A stretch of DNA of 64,000 bases, from NCBI GenBank assembly GCA_000165345.1, contig CM000436.1, forward strand, positions 544,001-608,000, given 5' to 3'. Within the stretch, counting starts at the first letter, position 1; each line of letters starts with the position of its first letter. Below, in pieces: positions 20,849 through 31,599 of the stretch. The position numbers and the translations under genes are program-made. The notes beneath the pieces were generated by a model. It was not told where the DNA came from, made no database searches, and saw only the letters and a program-made list of their open reading frames with translations.

Positions 20849-22675
20849 CTAGTGATGCATTGGTGGATGAATCGGCAAATTAAACCCAGAATTAATGTTA
20901 AAATTACCATTAGACATGTATTGATTAGGATGACACTGAGAAGCTTTATTAGTAACAATTTTCGTGATTGATTCAGAAAATGGGTTTTCTCCAAGTATAT
21001 TTACTGGCACAGAAGCTTTAAATGAAAAACATGTTGGGGAAGAAGGGGGTGAAATCTGAGATTGTTGGTCAGTGTTGGTTTCTAACTCTGGATTATGGCT
21101 TTGATTAGCTAAAATTGGAGCCTGATCTGGAAAAGGGCATTGACCACCAGCCAATGGAGTACCGTAATTTGGATTTGCCACTTTTGGCCTTCTTTTACAT
21201 TTCTTTTTGAATACATCTTGAGAAAAACATGCGGGAGAAGAAAAGTCAATTTCAACTTTTGGAGGTTGGATAAGTGGACGAATATTTGGAGATTGGAAAA
21301 GCGTGCTAGTTGAGATGTTTGTATGACCACCTTGAGAAATACCTGCTTGATCTTTTGGAGGTCCGTTTCCATCTTCAGCTCCAGATGACTTTTTTTTAGT
21401 GAGACATTCTTCTGCCATTGCTGTGAGTAAGTATTTAGCGAGCATTTGAGAGTCCATTCCGAGAGGGTTTGGAACGGTTGGTGCTTGAACTCCAGAGGGA
21501 CCTGGTATTCCTGGAGCTACTCCAGCAACAATTTCTGGAGAAATTGGAGCTTGAATATGTGGAGGGGGGCCGCCTGCCATTGTGGGTAGTGGCATACCCA
21601 TTGGGTGAATATTTGTTGGATCGAATTGCATCTGCATATTTGGAGGTGGTGGGAGGTGGGGGGGGTTCATATTCATGTTAGGGATTTGTATTGGGCCTGG
21701 AGCTACCATTGGCATTGGCATTGGCATTGGTATTGGCATTGACATCGGCATTGGCATTGGCACTGGCATTGGCATTGGAGTTGGCAAATGCGCTGGAATA
21801 GGCATTTGCATGGGCATGGGAGCTGGCATTTGCATATTTTGCGGAGGTAATGGAGGCATTGGAAGTTGATGATGTGGCTGATAAGGAAATGGATTTGGAG
21901 TTTGAATCGTTGCTGGCAATGATTGCATTCTACCATTTAACTGCATTTGGGTGGGATAATGTTGTTCTTGCTGATGAATAGAATGGAAAACTGGAATTTG
22001 AGGAGCCATTTGAACATATTCATTTGGCTGTTTATGTATTGGGATTGGCTGTAATTGAGCCCCGTGTCCATGGGATGGCATTTGAATTGGGTGAGCCATC
22101 ATTGGATTTTGATGAGGCTGTGGATACGGCTGCGATAGAGGGATTTGAGGAGGCTGATGAATCTGGATTGGGACTGAACCTCGGAGATCTAGTGGAACTC
22201 CTTTTTCCTGGATTGAATTCAACTCAGAAGAAGTTCCATAAATATCAGAGCACGATATATTAGATTCTGGACTTTGTTCAATATTTATCAAGTTTTTTGA
22301 TCGTTTTGGGGAAATATTAGTTGAGACAACTCTACTTAAAACAACATTATTTTCAATATGCCCCTCAGAGATGTAATTATTACCATTATTAGGCTTTTCA
22401 TTGATCTCTTGTTTCTCTTTAATAGAATCAAAGTTTCGGCTATCTAATTCATTCTTATTTACAATTCTGGTTTCTTTCATTGGAGAGTTACTAAAATCTT
22501 CTTTATTATTAATACTAGAAATATGAGAACTATTATCTATGGAACTCTGACTTGCTGGAGAAGCAAATTGTTTTTTCTTCAAGAGTAATTCATTCTCAAG
22601 ATTTTTAACAGTTGCATCCAACTCATTAAGATTTTCATCTAAGATTTCCATTTCTTGCTTTTCTTTTGGGAACAT
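20849..22675 (-). CDS. Low-complexity Pro/Met/Gln-rich protein with N-terminal coiled coil
   Basis: The ORF track starts at a TTG (22687). The first in-frame ATG is at 22675 (MFPKEKQEMEILDENLNELDATVKNLENELLLKKKQ). The central run PMPMPVPMPMPMSMPIPMPMPMPM is encoded by a CATTGG hexamer repeat. Confidence 0.45.
   Translation of the reverse strand: MFPKEKQEMEILDENLNELDATVKNLENELLLKKKQFASPASQSSIDNSSHISSINNKEDFSNSPMKETRIVNKNELDSRNFDSIKEKQEINEKPNNGNNYISEGHIENNVVLSRVVSTNISPKRSKNLINIEQSPESNISCSDIYGTSSELNSIQEKGVPLDLRGSVPIQIHQPPQIPLSQPYPQPHQNPMMAHPIQMPSHGHGAQLQPIPIHKQPNEYVQMAPQIPVFHSIHQQEQHYPTQMQLNGRMQSLPATIQTPNPFPYQPHHQLPMPPLPPQNMQMPAPMPMQMPIPAHLPTPMPMPVPMPMPMSMPIPMPMPMPMVAPGPIQIPNMNMNPPHLPPPPNMQMQFDPTNIHPMGMPLPTMAGGPPPHIQAPISPEIVAGVAPGIPGPSGVQAPTVPNPLGMDSQMLAKYLLTAMAEECLTKKKSSGAEDGNGPPKDQAGISQGGHTNISTSTLFQSPNIRPLIQPPKVEIDFSSPACFSQDVFKKKCKRRPKVANPNYGTPLAGGQCPFPDQAPILANQSHNPELETNTDQQSQISPPSSPTCFSFKASVPVNILGENPFSESITKIVTNKASQCHPNQYMSNGNFNINSGFNLPIHPPMHH
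21700..21800. repeat. (CATTGG/CATCGG)n hexamer microsatellite inside the CDS (encodes PMPM repeat)
   Basis: cattggcattggcattggtattggcattgacatcggcattggcattggcactggcattggcattgg. The alternate-frame ORFs 21675-21869 (+) and 21703-21936 (-) are repeat artefacts. Confidence 0.8.
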
Positions 22676-23440
22676 TTTTCTATCCAATTCTCAAAGGAAT
22701 ATATCACATATAATTCCCACAAATTGTTTATTCTGGCTTTTTTGTTTTTGTAAGAACAATTTATTCAATTTAACAACTAACCACTATCTCCACTAAGTTA
22801 AATTTAAACAATTCCTCTTTATTTTTTTACTGCCACAAAAAGTGTCAAGTTTTACAGTTGACTGCATCTAAATTCTTACTCCTAGCTACCAGTAAACGAG
22901 TGCAAATCCGCCACACGTGGTGCATGCATACACAGATGGATGCATGCGCGCGCCAAAACTCTAACTTAGGCCGGAGTAACCTATATTTGCACACGTAAAG
23001 GAAAAAAGAAGAAGAAAAAAAAATCAAATAACTGCATCCAAATAATGGGTGATATTTGCGAGAAAATTACACAGTAATGGACGTAAAGTTTGAAAGGGGG
23101 GTCGTTAAATTTTTTTTTTTCTTTTAATTCCTTAAGCCAGAATACAAAGACGAATAAAAAAATGAAAAATATTTGAATGAAAAATAAACGAGTTATATAC
23201 GCAATTCTTGAGAGCGTTTTTACTTATAATATAAAAATAAACTATGAATCATTTATAGCTTTTTCTTAATTGAATGAGGTTTACTCATTACGTTTGTAAC
23301 TCAATCTTAAATAGCATAACTCAGAAACAAAAGCAATCCCTTAGTTGTATAAAAGCATCTAAAATAGATATTTGAATACATATGATTTTCTTGAATTAAT
23401 ATCTACCTGTTTTTTTTTTTTTTTTTAATTTTTTTTTATG

Positions 23441-23495
23441 TATACCGGCATTCGCACATGCATGACTAATTTGCATACGTGTCTGCAAATTTGCA
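23441..23495. promoter_or_regulatory. Second copy of the TATACCGG ... GTCTGCAAATTTGCA composite element, upstream of the Pro/Met-rich gene
   Basis: tataccggcattcgcacatgcatgactaatttgcatacgtgtctgcaaatttgcatgtgg. It shares the 12-mer gtctgcaaattt and the TATACCGG core with 9009-9035. Confidence 0.5.
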
Positions 23496-23591
23496 TGTGG
23501 ATAACAACTTGGTAAATATAAAATACAACATATAATCAGGCGGTTGACAGGTTAAATATAAATAGACTATGAAACAAATCTCAATGTTAAA

Positions 23592-26500
23592 TTAAATAAA
23601 GTTCGGATTAATTTTCCATTCTAGTTTGCTCTTTGGCATTCGAAGAGGATGAAAGTGAGGGAAATAAGTTGGACCATTACTGTGCAATTCTTTTAGGTAT
23701 ACTGCTTTAATAATGTAGTTCATAGTGAATATGCTAATGACAATATTCAAGGTAAATGAAATGATTAAAATATAATTTGAAGAACCCGGAAGGGCGACAA
23801 TGTTAAGGAATTTGGAAAGTAAAGAGGTTGGTACCAAAGTGATTGCAATAGTCGAAATTATGATAAAAAATATTTGGATAACGAAAAGCTTGTTTGTAAA
23901 TAGCGAGAGTCTGAATGGTTTAGTTTTGTGGATTGCAATTCCAGTTGCCACATATTGAATACAGGAAACAAGAAAGGTTACAGTGTTTTCAACACACATT
24001 TGAAGGCCAGCATTCTCGTTGTTATCAGCATAACTTCTTCCAGATAAATATGGTGTAAATCCTGGCTGTTTGGAAACTACCATAATGTTTATAATAAGGA
24101 AGGTCAGTTGAATCACACATTGAGAAACAATTCCAATGATAACATTGCTGCTTAGAATATCTTTATAAGCAGGTATTTCTGATGGAAAACGTTTAGCGCT
24201 TTTAGTTAATGTAGCCAATACAGAAATTGGGAGGAAAGTAACAACATCGTTCCAAATAAATTGATGGTCTGTGAAGTTTGTACCCTTACTATATAAGTAC
24301 AGTACTGATGTAAATTGGATGAAGATATATAATACAAAGAACTGGAATGATTGAATTGTTGATGTTAGGGCAGCTCTACCCTCAACAATAATGTCTGGAA
24401 CTGCTGCAATGTTTCTTTCATTTGAAACAAATGAGGCAGCAACAGAAGCCTCGTGATCAGCTATGGCTATTCCAATATTGGCAGATTGTATTGCAAGAAT
24501 ATCATTATTTCCGTCACCACACATACCAACCATTGGATCTGGCTTAAGCTTTTGAAGTAAGTTAATGTGCATGGCTTTATCTTCAGGTGTCATTCTTGAA
24601 TATACATGACAGTATCTAATAATGAATTCCAAAGCTGATATACGTAATGTTAAGGGGATATCGTTCACCATTGTAACAAAATTAAGAATCATTAATTTCT
24701 CAAGTTCATTAGCAACTCCAATTGAGCTCTCCAAAATTATATTAGATTTCCTTTGATGTCTGGTGCAGTCAAGATGGTATGGAACGTAATCAGATTTAAT
24801 AAACTCTTCTCCGTCGTCAGTATCAATAATTATACGTTCAAGACGATTTGAGCTAGACTCACGTGTATTGGATCTTAAAGTCATCCAACATGGTAGACTT
24901 TGATGATTGTTTCTTATTTGTCTATAAAATCTCTCAGCTTTTTTATTGTAATTAAAGAAAGAGAAAGTGTGGTTATTATGATTTGGAGGTCTTTCAGGAT
25001 CATTGGATAAGTCTAAATATTCAAGTTCAAACGTATTGTGAAGTTTATGAAGTAACCTTAAACATTGTCCTGTGATTACCCAATTAATATTTTCAAGTGA
25101 ATATTTCTCCAATATTTCTTGAATACTATTAAAAACTTTGATGTTCTTGTAATTACAATTCATCATTGTCCATCTTATACATTCTTCTCCAGATTGAGAT
25201 CCAATAATATCACCAATTACAATCTTTTTATTAGATTGCCCTCCTCCAATTGAACTATAAGATGAGAATATTCCACATTCTTGAGCAACTGCTACAGAAG
25301 TAAAAATATGGTCCCCAGTTGACATTATACAATTAATATTGGCATCTTTAAGAGTTGAAATAACATCAATGGTACTTGGACGAAGTTTATTTGCAAATAC
25401 CATTAAACCAATGAAGTTAAGTCTTTCCTCTGCTTCATTTCTCGATAAAGTTTCTAAGAAAGATGTAGGATCTTCGTTTGGACAGTTAATATGACCAACA
25501 GCAAACCCAAGAATACGCATTCCACATCTTGAATAGTTAATGATGCATTCATCTAAATTCGAAGGAATAGATTCCGGCTGGCAAATTGATTTTAATTGTT
25601 CAGGACTACCTTTACAAAAAACCAAAAATTCATAAGGTTTAATAGGGTTTCTACAAACTACAGTCATTCTTCGTAGCTTTGAGCAAAATTCATATACCTT
25701 AAGAATCTCAAGTTCTTCAAATTCTTGTGATCCAAACATATGAGTTCCTTCCCCACGTTCAAAGTATCTTCTAACAGTTCTTGGAGGTGGAAGTTCAGAA
25801 AGATCAAAGTTTTCAGGGTTCATAAAGCTGATATCAATTTCAAAGTTGCTACATGAATTATTGTTTACTTGCGCAGATAAAGAATCTTTCACAGTATTCT
25901 TATTGATTTGATTTGGAGTAGAGTCAGAAATTGAAGATTTTGAACATGATCTATCAGGTTTAAAGTTCTTACCATTATTATTGCTATTCAGACATTCAGC
26001 GTTGCACTCATAATTCTCATTCATACATTGAATATGGTTTCGATTATAATCATCACATAATACCCATCCACTAAACTCGAACATGCACATTTCTAAAGGT
26101 TCGCCAACAATTACTCTCGAATTTAGCGACTGCTCTGCAGTATTATTTTCGTTCTTATATTGACTACCAAAACTGTGTGTGTGTTCATTATCTATATAAC
26201 TCACAGTATGACAAGTTGCAAGAGCTTGAGATAAAAGATGCGTTGCTTGGGATCCTGATGTACATAATCCATCTAGATAAGGTATTGAACCAGGTACTGA
26301 CGATATACATCCTACGGCGTCTAATCCATCAGTGGTAAGAGTTCCAGTTTTATCAAAAACTACAGTATTTACTTGACCTGCAATATTTACAGAACTTGGA
26401 TTAGAGCAAGAAACCTTCTTATTCTTAAGTTTCCTTACTGCTACAGTTGAACCTGCAGCAATAGTAGCAGGTAGAGCTGGTGGAGCAACAATTGTGAATA

Positions 26501-28067
26501 AATCAAAAGAGCGAAGTATGATAATTATTGGTTCTATGCCAATGGTAAATCCTATAGAAGCAGTAATAATTGACCCAATTATTCCAATAAAGAAGCAGAA
26601 TTTAACAAATCTCATCGAATCTTGATAAAGTTTATCGTTCTGATAATGTAGCCTATTGGTTATTACATCACAATACATTGTTTGAAGAAATCTACCTTGA
26701 AGAGTTGAAAATCCAATTCTGATTACAAGACCAACTCCTTGGACATTGTTTGCTCCTTGAACTCCCATTATAACTGTTCTAGAGTAAGCAATATGTTTAT
26801 TATCTTTTTCAAAATCAAAAAGTTCACTGGAATATTTAGGTATTGGTGATTTCAGAACAGGAACAGATTCTCCAGTTAGAGCTGCTTCATTTACAATAAC
26901 GTTTGAAGTCAATATTATTGCGTCACATGGAAGTACCATCCCAGGTTTTAATATAATTAGATCACCAGGAAGAAGATCTGAAGAGTTAATTGTTCGTTCA
27001 TATGGTTCTCTAGATGTTGGATTTCTTGATATTATTGAAACTTTATATTCAAGTTTTGATATTTCATTCATCTTAATATGACTGCATCTTGTTTCATATA
27101 TTGAATTAATTAATGAAACTATTGTAATTAATATAATGAAAATGGCATATTCAACATAACTATTTTTGAACCAAATACATACAGCACATACTTGAAATAT
27201 GAAGAAAGGATGTAAAATTTCATTCTTAATAAGGTATGCAATTGGAACAATAGGAATATCGCAGGAACATTTACCAAAGATTTTCTGAAGATTTTGCCTT
27301 ATTGAATCTTCTTGAATATATTCAATCGAGTCCATATTGTTTGAGTCATCTGTATTTTCATTATTTAGAAAAGATCCAACAAGTTTTCCAAATCTATTTC
27401 TAATCACTGAATATGGATTGTTATCAAGTGAAGGAATTGTAATAATAAATTTGTTTAATACTGAATCAAAAACATAAATTGAACCACAGAATGTAAAAAA
27501 TGTTATTTCAATTGATGGAATAAATAATTGAGAATTTATATGGCAAATCTGAGTATTATTGCAATTTATAATACTTGTACGGTGGCTATTTGATATATTA
27601 TTGTTACTATTCTTTTGTCCTTTTAAATCACTAAATTTATATTGTGATGGAAGAATATTAAGAAATCTTAAAAGATTTAATTCATCATTTGAAAAGTTCT
27701 TATTTAAACTAAAGAACTTATTTCTATTAACAACAGAATAATATGATTCTTTTGTAATGACTAAAAAAGAGTCACATTCACTAATTGTTGAAGCTTTAAA
27801 GTTCATCCATCTGTAAAAGTTTGGAAACCAATGGCAAATAATTGAAATTATCCCAAGTGTAAATATTTGAAATATCAAGTAAACTTTTTCAAGATAAAGT
27901 CTACGACAAATTGGAGTAATGTATACAGGATAATCAAATTTATGTGAATCTTCGTGGAATTTACTTTCTACATTGTTATTCTGAGAAATTACTGAATATA
28001 CTATACAATTATTAATTCCACCAAAAGTGACATATTCTTTTGTTGATACGTTAACTTTACTTTGCAT
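23592..28067 (-). CDS. P5B-type cation-transporting P-type ATPase (ATP13A2/Ypk9-like)
   Basis: The ORF-track start at 28100 is TTG; the first ATG is at 28067 (MQSKVNVST...). P-type motifs LTGESVP, VVFDKTGTLT and CGDGNNDILAIQSANIGIAI are present. The M4 motif is VAPPALPATIAAG; PPALP is the P5B signature, whereas P5A would be PPELP. There are large low-complexity insertions. Confidence 0.85.
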   Translation of the reverse strand: MQSKVNVSTKEYVTFGGINNCIVYSVISQNNNVESKFHEDSHKFDYPVYITPICRRLYLEKVYLIFQIFTLGIISIICHWFPNFYRWMNFKASTISECDSFLVITKESYYSVVNRNKFFSLNKNFSNDELNLLRFLNILPSQYKFSDLKGQKNSNNNISNSHRTSIINCNNTQICHINSQLFIPSIEITFFTFCGSIYVFDSVLNKFIITIPSLDNNPYSVIRNRFGKLVGSFLNNENTDDSNNMDSIEYIQEDSIRQNLQKIFGKCSCDIPIVPIAYLIKNEILHPFFIFQVCAVCIWFKNSYVEYAIFIILITIVSLINSIYETRCSHIKMNEISKLEYKVSIISRNPTSREPYERTINSSDLLPGDLIILKPGMVLPCDAIILTSNVIVNEAALTGESVPVLKSPIPKYSSELFDFEKDNKHIAYSRTVIMGVQGANNVQGVGLVIRIGFSTLQGRFLQTMYCDVITNRLHYQNDKLYQDSMRFVKFCFFIGIIGSIITASIGFTIGIEPIIIILRSFDLFTIVAPPALPATIAAGSTVAVRKLKNKKVSCSNPSSVNIAGQVNTVVFDKTGTLTTDGLDAVGCISSVPGSIPYLDGLCTSGSQATHLLSQALATCHTVSYIDNEHTHSFGSQYKNENNTAEQSLNSRVIVGEPLEMCMFEFSGWVLCDDYNRNHIQCMNENYECNAECLNSNNNGKNFKPDRSCSKSSISDSTPNQINKNTVKDSLSAQVNNNSCSNFEIDISFMNPENFDLSELPPPRTVRRYFERGEGTHMFGSQEFEELEILKVYEFCSKLRRMTVVCRNPIKPYEFLVFCKGSPEQLKSICQPESIPSNLDECIINYSRCGMRILGFAVGHINCPNEDPTSFLETLSRNEAEERLNFIGLMVFANKLRPSTIDVISTLKDANINCIMSTGDHIFTSVAVAQECGIFSSYSSIGGGQSNKKIVIGDIIGSQSGEECIRWTMMNCNYKNIKVFNSIQEILEKYSLENINWVITGQCLRLLHKLHNTFELEYLDLSNDPERPPNHNNHTFSFFNYNKKAERFYRQIRNNHQSLPCWMTLRSNTRESSSNRLERIIIDTDDGEEFIKSDYVPYHLDCTRHQRKSNIILESSIGVANELEKLMILNFVTMVNDIPLTLRISALEFIIRYCHVYSRMTPEDKAMHINLLQKLKPDPMVGMCGDGNNDILAIQSANIGIAIADHEASVAASFVSNERNIAAVPDIIVEGRAALTSTIQSFQFFVLYIFIQFTSVLYLYSKGTNFTDHQFIWNDVVTFLPISVLATLTKSAKRFPSEIPAYKDILSSNVIIGIVSQCVIQLTFLIINIMVVSKQPGFTPYLSGRSYADNNENAGLQMCVENTVTFLVSCIQYVATGIAIHKTKPFRLSLFTNKLFVIQIFFIIISTIAITLVPTSLLSKFLNIVALPGSSNYILIISFTLNIVISIFTMNYIIKAVYLKELHSNGPTYFPHFHPLRMPKSKLEWKINPNFI

Positions 28068-29547
28068 TTTGAAAGTATTAATCAAGTATAACCGTAACAA
28101 TAATAAAATATTAATATAATAAAAGGAAAACAGAGAAAGAGTTTATTAATGTATTTCTTTTTCTTCTATATATTGTTGGGATAATAATTGAATAATAATG
28201 ACCAGTTTTAAAAGGAAATATAATTATAAATTGAAATGAATTTCACTATTTAAAGTAATGCCAAGTTTTGAGAGTTTAATAATTAAGGTAAAATATATAC
28301 CTTAATTATTCCCCTATATAGGCCATGCAAGTTCTGGGAATATTAATACAAAACAATTTTTATGATGAAATTATATATTATTAACCAAAAAATTACAGTT
28401 AAAGCTTTCAAGAACAACTAGGAATAGTAATTCTCTTGGAAGTCCAGTAAATGCTATTCCATCAAATGATGAGGTTTTTTTATATTAAAAAAAGTATAAA
28501 ATAATAAAAATCAATTTTGGGTAAGATTGATTTTTTCCTTTTTTTTTTCTCACTATAATTTGACAGGAAAATTTCAATATTTTTGACTTGTCAAAAATAT
28601 GTACTAGTAAAAAATACTGCAAAAATATTTCTTAATGATGTCAAATTATCATATTATTAATTCAAATTAAGTAATTTAAAGGCCTATTTAATTAGAGACA
28701 ATTCAAAATAAATAATTTGGGGGTGGCGCGCTTTAACAAGCTATTATTAATATTTCTATTAATAAATAATTGTAACAAGAGGAGTTGGTCTAGGCGGGTC
28801 AATTTATAATATTTATAATTTATATTGAAATATAAATGAAGTTAATATAATTAGAAGAAGTAATCAAATAAATAATAATAAAATTAGTATTTTTGATGGA
28901 TAAATAAGATGATAAAAAGAAGAGAAGAAAAAGAATGTATTTAAGGGAATGGAAAAATATTATTAAATAATTGAGGATAATATTTGAGGTCTAAATATAT
29001 ATATTTATCAAGTTGGATTAAATCAAGTATATATTTCTCATATATTATATATACATACTTTACTTTTACTTTTTCTTTTTATTAAAAGCAAATTATGAAA
29101 TAAATTAATTAAAATCAAAATGGGACTATAGTTCAAAACTTTTGGTAATATAGTTAAATTTTGGGTCTTAATTAATAAATAAGGAATTAACAAGAGATTA
29201 TTTATTGATATTATTTTTAATTATCAAATTTAATTATCAAATAACATGTATGCATGCATGCAAAAAGGTATTATATATTATGGACCAAAAATAAATTAAT
29301 GGACAGTTTTGGCGGTAAACTGATGAATTAAAAAGTAAAAATATAAGGTAATTTTAAATATTAAAGGGAGTAAAGAGATTAAAAGATATAATAATAGTAA
29401 AAGTAATTGTATTAATTTTTCTCCTTTTAGAGGGATAGATTACGGATAAGAGGAATACTTGGTGACTATAAATAAAGTTTTGAAAAGTTTTCTTCAAGTT
29501 AATAAATAAAAAGGAAAAGAACATATTTTGGGATTATTTGTACAATA

Positions 29548-30768
29548 ATGTCAAAAAGAGTGGCTGATTTTCAATTAACTAGTGAAAATTATGATTTAGA
29601 GGAGAGAAAGTTGTGTGGATTATCGTCTAAAGAAAATGGCAAGAATGAGGAAGGTATAGGAGGAGATGTAATAGAAAATAAGGAAGAGATAAGTACAAGA
29701 AAGATTGTTAGAATAAGAAAAAGGTATGATGATTTAGGCGATTCTGGAAGTTTACTCACACCTGATACTGCCACGAATTCTGAGCCGATTCCAGTAGTTT
29801 CAACTTTTGGAAAAGACTTAAAAGATGAGAAATCAGGTATTAATGATAACATTATAGATAGTAGTTTGGATGAAAAACAAAATAAAGAGGAAGAGAAGAA
29901 CGAAAATAAGGATAAAGATGAGGAGGAAAAGAATGAAAATGAGGATAAGGAAGAAGCGAATGAAAAGAAGAATGAAGAAGAAGCGAACGATAAGAAAGGA
30001 GAAGGTGAGATTGAAACTCAAAAAGAGGTTGAAAATAAGGAAGAAGAAAACCATAAGGAGGAAATCCTTCCATTTGGAAATTCGGGATTAAGTAGTAGTT
30101 TCAAGAATCCATTTATATCTTTAGCAGCGAATACTGAAAATAGTAACTTCTTATTTTCAGGTTTCAGTGGAGCTACAAAGAATAATAGTATCGGAATATT
30201 TGGAGCATCAGGTGGAGATGGTACGGGCACTACTGGAGGTGAAGAAGATGAGGAAAATAATGAAGAAGCAAATGAGGAACCTGAGATTGAAAGTAAAGCT
30301 TTCACAGGTGAGGAACACGAGGAAACTGTTTATCAATGCAAAAATGTGGATTTGTTTATGCTCAAAGTTTTAGAAAATGAGGAGAAGTCATTTAGAAAGT
30401 TAGCAACGGGAATAATTCATTTGAATATTCCAAAAGATCAGAATCTTTCTGAATTGCCAGAAACTTCTGATAAAAACGAGGATACTCTTGAAGATCAAGT
30501 TTCAAAAACTATTACTCAGCCTAGAATAATCTTTCGTCAAAAAGGAATTTATAAGGTATTATTGAATTCCCCTTTGAATCCTGAAATTTCTAAAACTTTT
30601 CAAAGGAATTCTAATATACGTAAAGGTTATGCTGTTAATTTTATAGCTGTTGGTCCAGAATCAGAAATTCAGCAATGTATGCTTAGATTCCAAAATGAGT
30701 CAGATTTGATTGATTTTACTGATAAAGTTCACCAAATTGTTCACCAACATTACTCCAAATCTGAATAG
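29548..30768 (+). CDS. Nup50/Nup2-like nucleoporin (N-terminal importin-alpha binding motif, FG-type repeats, C-terminal Ran-binding domain)
   Basis: 406 aa. N-terminus MSKRVADFQLTSENYDLEE matches the NUP50 N-terminal motif (AKRxAxxxLTxxNwDxEdE). The middle region has FG-like repeats (FLFSGFSGAT, GIFGASGG) and a KEE/NE acidic repeat. The C-terminus EETVYQCKNVDLFMLK...FRKLATGIIHLNIP...RIIFRQKGIYKVLLN...CMLRFQNESDLIDF is RanBD-like. Confidence 0.7.
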   Translation: MSKRVADFQLTSENYDLEERKLCGLSSKENGKNEEGIGGDVIENKEEISTRKIVRIRKRYDDLGDSGSLLTPDTATNSEPIPVVSTFGKDLKDEKSGINDNIIDSSLDEKQNKEEEKNENKDKDEEEKNENEDKEEANEKKNEEEANDKKGEGEIETQKEVENKEEENHKEEILPFGNSGLSSSFKNPFISLAANTENSNFLFSGFSGATKNNSIGIFGASGGDGTGTTGGEEDEENNEEANEEPEIESKAFTGEEHEETVYQCKNVDLFMLKVLENEEKSFRKLATGIIHLNIPKDQNLSELPETSDKNEDTLEDQVSKTITQPRIIFRQKGIYKVLLNSPLNPEISKTFQRNSNIRKGYAVNFIAVGPESEIQQCMLRFQNESDLIDFTDKVHQIVHQHYSKSE

Positions 30769-31599
30769 TCAATTAATTTAGTTTATTACAATGCTAGCTT
30801 TACTTTTTTTTTTCTTATTTGATTTCTGCATGAACTTCCCGCCAATTTTAGAAATTTATTTTTTTCCCTTCTTCAAGTTACATGCAGTAATTGCATGCAA
30901 TATTGACGTTGTTTTGAATTGTTGGATATACCCGTAAGTACATAATAATTATTTAATTAAATTAAACAAAAGTTGTATATTTTAGGGATAGAATTAAAGA
31001 AGGAAAGATATACAAAGGAAAGGAGATAGAAAAAACAAGACGAAGGAAAAAAAGAGAAGGAGATAGGAAAAACAAGACGAGAGAAAAAGAGAAAGAAAAG
31101 AAATAAAAGGCGCGTTATCATGCGTATATTCATTCATTGAAGGAGAAAAGTATGATGTTTTAGACAATATAAAAAAACACTGGATAAAAGTTAAGTAAAA
31201 TAAAGTAAACCATTTATTGAAGTTAATAGCTACCAAATTTATGAACATTTATTTGGGGCTTATTATTAATTATTATATATTTCAAATATATTAATTCCCC
31301 ACTATAGAAATCAACACATTGGCGCCGGCGGGATCGATACATGGAATAAGTCATTTCAAATAGATCCAGGGACCGAGGGAAAATTGTAGGAGAGGATGTA
31401 TGGTGAAGGAAAGTAGGGGAAAAAAGTAGGTAAATGATAGAATATAAAATTTTAAAATAACAAATTCTATTTTGATTTGGGATGTTGAAGTAAATCGAGA
31501 GTTAAAAAGTATACCGGGTTTCTTTTTTTTCATATCAAATTTTGAAGGTATTATTGATTTTAGTTAGAGTGGGAAGGTAATTATAGAAAGAAAGCTAAA

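Noticed and set aside
21675-21936. ORFs 21675-21869 (+) GIGIGIG and 21703-21936 (-) CQCQCQ
   Set aside because: They are other frames of the CATTGG hexamer repeat within the Pro/Met-rich gene.
29833-30373. Several 68-95-aa ORFs on both strands overlapping the Nup50-like CDS (KRKRRTKIRIK..., FFLILLFIRFF..., etc.)
   Set aside because: They are low-complexity alternate frames of the acidic AAG/GAA-rich coding repeat. The long, domain-containing frame is the real one.
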